This document shows positions 56,831 to 64,000 of a DNA stretch of 64,000 nucleotides, in pieces (within the stretch, counting starts at the first letter, position 1; the number at the start of each line of letters is the position of its first letter). The position numbers and the translations under genes were made by a program. This DNA is from a bacterium (lineage in GTDB: Bacteria > UBA8248), in the NCBI GenBank assembly GCA_965219955.1, contig OZ244799.1, positions 3,840,001 through 3,904,000 on the forward strand. The letters are read 5' to 3'. The notes below the pieces were generated by a model that was not told the DNA's origin, made no database searches, and saw only the letters and a program-made list of their open reading frames with translations.

Positions 56831-58561
56831 ATGCAGCAAGCCGGCATCAGGGCGATTCCGCGTGGAGCGTCGGCGAGGTCACTCATATCTCGCGTCCTTA
56901 TTCTGGTATTCGCGCTCGGCTTTGGTTTTGCCGCAAGGGGAGAAGCGCGAACCGAATCGTTTTCACCGGCTATCCAGGCGGAAATCGCACAGTTGGGATC
57001 GAAGAATCGAAAGAAAAGAAGACGCGCTGCCCTCGGTATCGCGAAGCGCCTCGAGCCAAAGCTGCTACCCCTTCTTTTGGCGCTTCGCGAGGGCAGCCTT
57101 TATCGCTGGAAGCCTGAATCGGGCGAGCCCCGGTTCGTCATCGGCGGGGACGCCGTGACGCGCGGGGAGGTGGAATACGTCCCTCTTTTCTCGATTCACG
57201 GGAAAAAGCGGCTCACCTCCGCAGACGGGAAACCCCTTTTCGTTCCCGATGGAAAACTCAACAAAATCCGCGCCGGCAGAAGAATCCGCCGCGCTATCAA
57301 ACCCTATCTGAACCAGCTTCAAAGCTCGGCGCAGCTCCATTCCGCCGACCCGAACGTGCGCCGCGCCGCTGCGACGCGGATGGCGCGGGTGGGGGACAAG
57401 AACCTCATCCCGCTGCTCGACAAGGTCCTCGAGAACGAGACCCACTGGCTGGGCCGCCATGCGCTCATCGAGGCGAAGGCGCTGATCCGGCTCAAGTCGC
57501 CGAACCCCGAGGAGAGGCGTTCTGCCGCCGCCGCGCTCGGCGAGATCCACGGGCTGAACGCCGTCTCGGTGCTCCAGCGCCTGGCGGAAAAAGATGCGGA
57601 CGCTTCCGTGCGCGCGGCGGCGAGCGAGGCCATCGGGGAGATCGAGAGCTACCAGAGCTGGACGGCGATGATCGACACCCTGTTCCGGGGCATGAGCCTG
57701 GGCTCCATCCTGTTGCTGATGGCGCTGGGGCTGGCCATCGTCTTCGGCCTCATGGGCGTCATCAACATGGCGCACGGGGAGTTGATGATGCTCGGCGCCT
57801 ACGCCACCTTCATCATCCAGGGCGTTTTCATCTCCTATCTGCCGCAAAGCTACTTCGGCTGGTATTTCATACTGGCGCTACCCGTCGCGTTCCTGGCCTC
57901 GGCCCTGATGGGCTTTCTGATGGAGGTTTCCATCATCCGCTATCTGTACGGCCGGCCGCTGGAGACGCTGCTGACCACCTGGGGGATCAGCCTGATCCTC
58001 CAGCAAGCCGTCCGCCAGGTGTTCGGCGCGCAGAACGTGGACGTGAAGTCCCCCGAATGGCTGAGCGGGGGGTATCACCTGATGGTCGGCGTCCAGTTTC
58101 CCTACAACCGCATGTTCATCATCGCGCTGGCCGTCTTCTGCGTGGCGGGCACGTACCTGTTCCTCTTCCGCACGCGGGCGGGCCTGCGGATTCGCGCCGT
58201 CACCCAGAACCGGGGCATGAGCACCTGCCTGGGCGTTCCCTCCCGCCGCGTGGACGCGGGCACGTTCGCGTTCGGCGCCGGGCTGGCGGGCATGGCGGGC
58301 GCGGCCCTGAGCCAGGTCGGGAACGTGGGTCCTGCTCTGGGACAGAACTACATCGTGGATTCGTTCATGGTGGTGGTGACGGGCGGCGTGGGCAAGATTC
58401 TGGGAACCATCGTGGCGGGCTTCGGCATCGGCGGCATGAACAAGATGCTCGAGCCGGCGATGGGCGCGGTGTTCGGCAAGGTGGTGATCCTGGTTCTGGT
58501 GATCCTCTTCCTGCAGAGAAGGCCGGAGGGGCTGTTCGCCATCCGCACGAGAGGGGCTTGA
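56831..58561 (+). CDS. urtB: Urea ABC permease with N-terminal HEAT-repeat domain
   Basis: GLMGVINMAHGE, LYGRPLETLL, YIVDSFMVVV; HEAT-like repeats. Confidence 0.92.
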   Translation: MQQAGIRAIPRGASARSLISRVLILVFALGFGFAARGEARTESFSPAIQAEIAQLGSKNRKKRRRAALGIAKRLEPKLLPLLLALREGSLYRWKPESGEPRFVIGGDAVTRGEVEYVPLFSIHGKKRLTSADGKPLFVPDGKLNKIRAGRRIRRAIKPYLNQLQSSAQLHSADPNVRRAAATRMARVGDKNLIPLLDKVLENETHWLGRHALIEAKALIRLKSPNPEERRSAAAALGEIHGLNAVSVLQRLAEKDADASVRAAASEAIGEIESYQSWTAMIDTLFRGMSLGSILLLMALGLAIVFGLMGVINMAHGELMMLGAYATFIIQGVFISYLPQSYFGWYFILALPVAFLASALMGFLMEVSIIRYLYGRPLETLLTTWGISLILQQAVRQVFGAQNVDVKSPEWLSGGYHLMVGVQFPYNRMFIIALAVFCVAGTYLFLFRTRAGLRIRAVTQNRGMSTCLGVPSRRVDAGTFAFGAGLAGMAGAALSQVGNVGPALGQNYIVDSFMVVVTGGVGKILGTIVAGFGIGGMNKMLEPAMGAVFGKVVILVLVILFLQRRPEGLFAIRTRGA

Positions 58562-58567
58562 GACGCG

Positions 58568-59734
58568 ATGCCGGGTGAAACTTTGGTGGACAGGATGGAG
58601 AAGAAAGTCGGCGGCGTCGTTCTCGTGCTCGCGGCGCTGTGGTTCATCGTCGCGATGCCCTCGCTGAACGCCTTCGGGACGCCGGGGTCGTTTTTCCACG
58701 TTTCTGATTTCACGCTCAACCTGTTCGGAAAGTTCCTGGCCTACGCCATCCTGGCGCTGGGCCTCGACCTGATATGGGGCTACACCGGCATCCTGAGCAT
58801 GGGCCACGGCGTGTTCTTCGGCCTGGGCGCTTATTGCATGGGGATGTACCTGACGCTCGAGATCGGCGGCGAGGGGGTCTACCAGAGCAAGCTGCCCGAC
58901 TTCATGGTCTGGAACCGGGTGAAGGAGCTGCCGCTTTTCTGGAAGCCGTTCCACTCGTTCTTCTTCACCACGCTCGCCGTCGCGGTGGTGCCAGGCTTAC
59001 TGGCGGCCGTCTTCGGCTTCCTCGCCTTCAGAACGCGGGTGCGCGGGGTGTACTTCGCCATCATCACGCAGGCGCTGGCGCTCTCCGCCTGGCTCGTCTT
59101 CAACCGCAACGAGATAAATCTTGGCGGAACGAACGGCCTCACCAACTTCAAGAAAATCCTGGGCTTCACGCTCACCGAGGCGTCCACGCAGCGGGGGCTG
59201 TACGTCGCAACCGCGCTCGCGCTTTGCGGCGCGTACCTGCTCTGCCGCTGGATAGTGAAATCACGCGCCGGGAAGATTCTGCTCGCGATTCGCGACGCTG
59301 AGAACCGCGTGCTCTACTCGGGCTATACGCCCGCGAACTACAAGGTGTTCGTCTTCACCGTATCCGCCATGCTGGCGGGGGTCGCGGGCGCGCTGTACGT
59401 CCCCCAGGTGGGCATCATCACCCCCGGGCGGATCGGCGTGCTGCCCTCCATCGAGATGGTCATCTGGGTGGCGGTCGGAGGACGCGGGTCGCTCATCGGC
59501 GCCGTCATCGGCGCTGTCGGGGTGAACTGGGCGCGCAGCTACCTCACGTCGAGTTATCCGGATTACTGGCTCTATTTCCTGGGCGGCATATTCGTCCTCG
59601 TGGTCCAGTTCTTCCCGGACGGCATCCTCGGCGTGGCGCGCGACGCGCCCCGGAAGCTTGAGAAGTGGGTCCGCCGCACGACGCGCCCGGCGGCGGGGGA
59701 TGAGGCGTTCGCGCCTGTGCGCAGCGAGGGCTAG
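58568..59734 (+). CDS. urtC: Urea ABC permease
   Basis: LDLIWGYTGILS, LPDFM, GVYFAIITQA, VAVGGRG. Confidence 0.92.
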   Translation: MPGETLVDRMEKKVGGVVLVLAALWFIVAMPSLNAFGTPGSFFHVSDFTLNLFGKFLAYAILALGLDLIWGYTGILSMGHGVFFGLGAYCMGMYLTLEIGGEGVYQSKLPDFMVWNRVKELPLFWKPFHSFFFTTLAVAVVPGLLAAVFGFLAFRTRVRGVYFAIITQALALSAWLVFNRNEINLGGTNGLTNFKKILGFTLTEASTQRGLYVATALALCGAYLLCRWIVKSRAGKILLAIRDAENRVLYSGYTPANYKVFVFTVSAMLAGVAGALYVPQVGIITPGRIGVLPSIEMVIWVAVGGRGSLIGAVIGAVGVNWARSYLTSSYPDYWLYFLGGIFVLVVQFFPDGILGVARDAPRKLEKWVRRTTRPAAGDEAFAPVRSEG

Positions 59735-59743
59735 GGGGAAAGC

Positions 59744-60511
59744 ATGACGCTGACGTCTAAAAGCATACTCTACATGGAGGACGTGTTCGTCGTCTTCGAC
59801 GGCTTCAAGGCGCTGAACGCGCTCAACTTCAGCATGGACAGGGGGGAGCTTCGCTGCGTCATCGGCCCGAACGGCGCGGGGAAAACCACGCTTTTGGACG
59901 TCGTGACCGGCAAGGTGAAGCCCGATTCCGGGCGGGTGGTCTTCAAGGAGAAAACCAACCTCGCGCGGATGCGCCAGGAGGAGATATCGAACGCAGGCAT
60001 CGGCAGGAAATTCCAGACGCCGACGATTTACGAGAACCTGACGGTGCGCGACAATCTCGAACTCTCCGTGAAGCAGGACAAGAAGGTGACCTCGCTACTT
60101 TTCGGCGGGGCTACGCCCGAGGCGCGCGAGCGGGTCGAGGAGACGCTCGACGTCATCGGCCTCGCGTCCAAGAGCGGCTGGCGGGCCGGTCTGCTCGCCC
60201 ACGGCGAGAAGCAGTGGCTCGAAATCGGCATGGTGGTGGTGCAGGACCCCGATCTTCTGCTCGTCGATGAGCCTGTGGCGGGCATGACGGAGGGAGAGAC
60301 GGAGAAGACGGCGGCGCTGTTAAGGCGCATCGCCGAGCACCGCTCGGTCCTCGTCATCGAACACGACATGAAGTTCGTGCGCGAGATCGCCGAGCGCGTC
60401 ACCGTGCTGCACGAGGGCGCCGTGATTTGCGAGGGCTCCATCGACCACGTGCACAAGGACGAGCGGGTGGTCGAACTCTATCTTGGAAGGGGAAGCGAGG
60501 AACATGCTTAG
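59744..60511 (+). CDS. urtD: Urea ABC ATPase
   Basis: FDGFKAL, GIGRKFQTP, HGEKQWLEIGM. Confidence 0.93.
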   Translation: MTLTSKSILYMEDVFVVFDGFKALNALNFSMDRGELRCVIGPNGAGKTTLLDVVTGKVKPDSGRVVFKEKTNLARMRQEEISNAGIGRKFQTPTIYENLTVRDNLELSVKQDKKVTSLLFGGATPEARERVEETLDVIGLASKSGWRAGLLAHGEKQWLEIGMVVVQDPDLLLVDEPVAGMTEGETEKTAALLRRIAEHRSVLVIEHDMKFVREIAERVTVLHEGAVICEGSIDHVHKDERVVELYLGRGSEEHA

Positions 60512-61199
60512 GGTGGACGGGCTCCACGCCTGCTACGGGGAGAGCCACATTCTGCGCGGCCTCGACATCGAGGTGCGCCCCGGCGAAATCGCGGGCGTCA
60601 TCGGCAGAAACGGCATGGGCAAGACCACGTTCCTGAAATCCATCGTCGGTCTGCTCAGGCCCAAGCTCGGGAGAATCGAGTTCCTGGAGCGCGACATCAC
60701 CGCGTCGAGGCCCGAGGCGCGCGCGAGGCTCGGCGTCGCCTACGTCCCCCAGGGACGGGAGATATTCCCGCAGCTCAGCGTGCACGAGAACCTCCTGCTG
60801 GGGCTGGAAGCGCATCCCGATCGACCCAGATATTATGACGAGGGCGTCTTCGAGCTTTTCCCGGTCTTGAAGGAGATGCTCGGGCGCAAGGGAGGCGTGC
60901 TGAGCGGCGGCCAGCAGCAGCAGCTCGCCATCGCCCGCGCCCTGGTGAGCGAACCCAGGCTCTTGCTGCTGGATGAGCCGACCGAGGGTATCCAGCCCTC
61001 GATCATCATGGACATCGAGAGCGTTCTGTGGAAGATCAAGGAACGCGGCGACGTGGGTATCATCCTGGTGGAGCAGTACCTGGAGTTCGCCTGGCGTCTT
61101 TCGGATCGATACTACGTGATGGAAAAAGGGGAGTTCACGGCCACGGGACAAGCGCAGGGCGAGTGCGACGCAGCGCTGCTCGACCGCCTGACCGCGTAG
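60504..61199 (+). CDS. urtE: Urea ABC ATPase
   Basis: [31 protein letters not shown]. Confidence 0.93.
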   Translation: MLRVDGLHACYGESHILRGLDIEVRPGEIAGVIGRNGMGKTTFLKSIVGLLRPKLGRIEFLERDITASRPEARARLGVAYVPQGREIFPQLSVHENLLLGLEAHPDRPRYYDEGVFELFPVLKEMLGRKGGVLSGGQQQQLAIARALVSEPRLLLLDEPTEGIQPSIIMDIESVLWKIKERGDVGIILVEQYLEFAWRLSDRYYVMEKGEFTATGQAQGECDAALLDRLTA

Positions 61200-61233
61200 C
61201 CGGTTTCAAGAGTTTTCTGACAGGAGGCAGGCA

Positions 61234-61539
61234 ATGCATCTGACCCCGAGGGAGCAGGAGAAGCTCCTCGTTTTCGTTGCGGCGGAGTTGGCGCAAAAGC
61301 GCCGCGCGCGCGGCCTCAAGCTCAATTACCCCGAAGCCGTCAGCATCATCACGGCCGAGGTGCTCGAAGGCGCGCGCGACGGCAAGTCCGTCGCCGAACT
61401 GATGCGCTACGGCGCGACGATTCTCACGCGAGACGACGTCATGGAGGGCGTGCCCGAGATGATTCACGAGGTGCAGGTCGAGGGCACGTTCCCCGACGGC
61501 ACCAAGCTCGTGACGGTGCACGACCCGATACGCGGCTGA
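61234..61539 (+). CDS. ureA: Urease gamma subunit
   Basis: [32 protein letters not shown]. Confidence 0.97.
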   Translation: MHLTPREQEKLLVFVAAELAQKRRARGLKLNYPEAVSIITAEVLEGARDGKSVAELMRYGATILTRDDVMEGVPEMIHEVQVEGTFPDGTKLVTVHDPIRG

Positions 61540-61549
61540 AGGAGAGCGA

Positions 61550-61921
61550 ATGATACCCGGCGAATACATTCTGGCGGACGGCGAGATCGTCCTGAACGAA
61601 GGGCGCGAGACCGTCTCGCTCCTCGTGGCGAACCGGGGCGACAGGCCCATACAGGTGGGTTCCCACTTTCATTTTTTCGAGGTCAACCGCCTGCTCGATT
61701 TCGACAGGAAGGCGGCCTTCGGCATGCGGCTGGACATCCCGGCGGGAACGGCGGTGCGCTTCGAGCCGGGGGATGAGAAGGAGGTGACGCTCGTCGCCTT
61801 TGCGGGTGCGCGCACCGCCATGGGGCTGAACGCGCTGACCGAGGGCGCGCTCGATTCGGCCGCCGTGCGCGAGGGCGCGATGGAAAAGGCCCGCGACGAG
61901 GGCTACGGGGGGGCGGACTGA
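61550..61921 (+). CDS. ureB: Urease beta subunit
   Basis: [28 protein letters not shown]. Confidence 0.97.
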   Translation: MIPGEYILADGEIVLNEGRETVSLLVANRGDRPIQVGSHFHFFEVNRLLDFDRKAAFGMRLDIPAGTAVRFEPGDEKEVTLVAFAGARTAMGLNALTEGALDSAAVREGAMEKARDEGYGGAD

Positions 61922-63633
61922 TGGCTTTTCGAATGGACAGGCGCGCCTACGCCGACATGTTCGGCCCCACGGTGGGGGACAAGGTGCGGCTCGCGGACAC
62001 CGATCTCTTCATCGAGGTCGAAGAAGACCGCACCGTCTACGGAGACGAGTCGAAATTCGGCGGCGGCAAGGTCATCAGGGACGGCATGGGGCAATCCCCC
62101 ACCGAGACGCGCGAAGCCGGCGCGCTCGACCTGCTCATCACCAACGCGCTGATCCTGGACCACTGGGGCGTGGTGAAGGCGGACGTTGGAATCAAGGACG
62201 GAAAAATCGCCGGAATCGGCAAGTCGGGCAATCCCCATTTGATGCAGGGGGTGGACATGACTATCGGCGCCGCCACCGAAGTCCTCGCGGGCGAGGGGAT
62301 GATACTCACCGCGGGCGGCATCGACACCCACATCCACTTCATCTGTCCCCAGCAGATAGACGAGGCGCTCTCCTCGGGCGTCACCACCATGTTCGGCGGG
62401 GGAACCGGCCCCGCCACGGGCACGAACGCCACCACCTGCACGCCGGGCGCGTGGAACATCGCCAGGATGCTCCAGGCGGCGGAGGCCTACCCCATGAACC
62501 TGGGATTCCTGGGCAAGGGGAACGCCTCGCGCCCCGGGCCGCTTGTCGAGCAGATCCGCGCGGGCGCGGTGGGGCTGAAACTCCACGAGGACTGGGGAAC
62601 CACGCCCGCGGCGATCGACTGCTGCCTCGGCGTGGCGGAGGATATGGACGTGCAGGTCTGCATCCATACCGACACGCTCAACGAGTCGGGCTTCGTCGAG
62701 ACCTCCATCGCCGCGTTCAAGGGCCGGACCATCCACACCTACCACACCGAAGGGGCGGGCGGCGGCCACGCGCCCGACATCATCCGCGTGTGCGGGGAGG
62801 CGGGCGTGCTGCCCTCCTCGACGAACCCCACGCGACCCTTCACGGTAAACACCGTGGACGAGCATCTCGACATGCTGATGGTGTGCCACCACCTCGACTC
62901 GAAGATTCCCGAAGACGTGGCCTTCGCCGAATCGAGGATCCGGGCGGAGACCATCGCGGCGGAAGACATCCTCCACGACATGGGCGCGTTCAGCATGATG
63001 GGGTCGGATTCCCAGGCCATGGGCCGCGTGGGCGAGGTGGTCATCCGCACCTGGCAGACGGCGGACAAGATGAAGCGCCAGCGCGGCGCGCTGGCCGAGG
63101 AAAGCGGCGCCAACGACAACTTCCGCGCGAAGCGCTACATAGCGAAATACACCATCAACCCCGCGGTCGCGCACGGCATCTCCGATTACGTGGGCTCTAT
63201 CGAGGTCGGCAAGATGGCCGACCTGGTGCTCTGGAAGCCCGCCTTCTTCGGTGTGAAGCCAGAGGCCGTGGTGAAGGGCGGCTTCATCGCCCACGCGGCG
63301 ATGGGCGACCCCAACGCCTCCATCCCCACGCCCCAGCCCGTCCTGGGCCGGCCCATGTTCGGCTCGATGGGGCGCGCGGTCGGCCCGACGTCCTACGCCT
63401 TCGTCTCTCAGGCGGCGGCGGAAGCGGGTCTCGGAGACGCGCTCGGTCTCACCAAAATCGTCGCGCCCGTCTCGAACTGCCGCGGGATCGGCAAAAAGGA
63501 CATGCGCCTGAACGACGCGCTGCCTGATATCGAAGTCGATCCCGAAACCTACGTGGTGAAGGCGGACGGAGAGACGCTCACGTGCGAGCCCGCCGAGGTG
63601 CTTCCGATGGCGCAGCGGTATTTTCTTTTCTAG
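61921..63633 (+). CDS. ureC: Urease alpha subunit
   Basis: [45 protein letters not shown]. Confidence 0.98.
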   Translation: MAFRMDRRAYADMFGPTVGDKVRLADTDLFIEVEEDRTVYGDESKFGGGKVIRDGMGQSPTETREAGALDLLITNALILDHWGVVKADVGIKDGKIAGIGKSGNPHLMQGVDMTIGAATEVLAGEGMILTAGGIDTHIHFICPQQIDEALSSGVTTMFGGGTGPATGTNATTCTPGAWNIARMLQAAEAYPMNLGFLGKGNASRPGPLVEQIRAGAVGLKLHEDWGTTPAAIDCCLGVAEDMDVQVCIHTDTLNESGFVETSIAAFKGRTIHTYHTEGAGGGHAPDIIRVCGEAGVLPSSTNPTRPFTVNTVDEHLDMLMVCHHLDSKIPEDVAFAESRIRAETIAAEDILHDMGAFSMMGSDSQAMGRVGEVVIRTWQTADKMKRQRGALAEESGANDNFRAKRYIAKYTINPAVAHGISDYVGSIEVGKMADLVLWKPAFFGVKPEAVVKGGFIAHAAMGDPNASIPTPQPVLGRPMFGSMGRAVGPTSYAFVSQAAAEAGLGDALGLTKIVAPVSNCRGIGKKDMRLNDALPDIEVDPETYVVKADGETLTCEPAEVLPMAQRYFLF

Positions 63634-63642
63634 GAGAGGGCG

Positions 63643-64000
63643 ATGATCCTCGTCGAAGAGATTCGGGGCAGGCTATCCGCCGATGAGAGCAGGCGCGTCG
63701 AGCGCGTGGCCCTGGGCTGGGAGGACAGGCTCAGGAGCCGCCAGAGGGTGCGCACCGATTCCGGCACCGAACTCGGCGTTAAACTGCCGACCGGGCAAGC
63801 TCTTGGAGAAGGCGACGTTCTCTTCGAGGACGAGGAGCGCGTGGTGGTGGTCGCCGCGATCCCCGAAGACGTGCTCGTCCTCTACGCGGAATCGGAGACA
63901 GAGATGGGCCGCCTCTGCTATCAGGTGGGAAACCGCCACGCGCCGATCTGCGTTCAGGACGGCCGCGTCCTCACGCCCTACGACTCCGTGCTGGAGGCGT
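63643..64000 (+). CDS. ureE: Urease accessory protein UreE (partial, runs off window end)
   Basis: Manual translation MILVEEIRG..WEDRLRSRQRVRTDSG..LGEGDVL..CYQVGNRHAP. Confidence 0.88.
   Translation, partial: MILVEEIRGRLSADESRRVERVALGWEDRLRSRQRVRTDSGTELGVKLPTGQALGEGDVLFEDEERVVVVAAIPEDVLVLYAESETEMGRLCYQVGNRHAPICVQDGRVLTPYDSVLEA

Noticed and set aside
56831-57660. HEAT-repeat fusion on UrtB as a novelty
   Set aside because: N-terminally extended UrtB is common in proteobacterial urt operons.

Overview
GC-rich bacterial chromosomal window with dense transport and catabolism genes and no rRNA, tRNA, CRISPR array or transposase. In order: sugar-type ABC genes; phoBR-pstSCAB-phoU with Pho boxes; YHS and DinB-like genes; a TRAP system whose dctP converges on dctQM; a Zn-dehydrogenase/RraA pair divergent from hydantoinase B/A, an LLM oxidoreductase and an aryl-CoA ligase; a membrane-anchored heptad-repeat protein; NitT/TauT ABC; two GT25 genes and FkbM; DJ-1; two tripartite tricarboxylate transporters flanking a Liv-type ABC/LLM/transglutaminase/ALDH operon; AAA-DUF4143; MetE-II; Hsp20; MmgE/PrpD; urtABCDE-ureABC-ureE. 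The most unusual content is intergenic. (1) Five MITE-like elements share TIRs (GGGGYTGTTGAAAAAG); three have 5-bp target duplications, they carry three different REP-like palindromic cargoes, and one is nested inside another. (2) Small hairpins with a conserved TCCTCCTCGGG loop are embedded in REPs. (3) A second Pho-box promoter sits in front of a ~90-nt strongly structured candidate RNA upstream of pstS. All calls come from motif recognition and manual alignment; no database searches were run.
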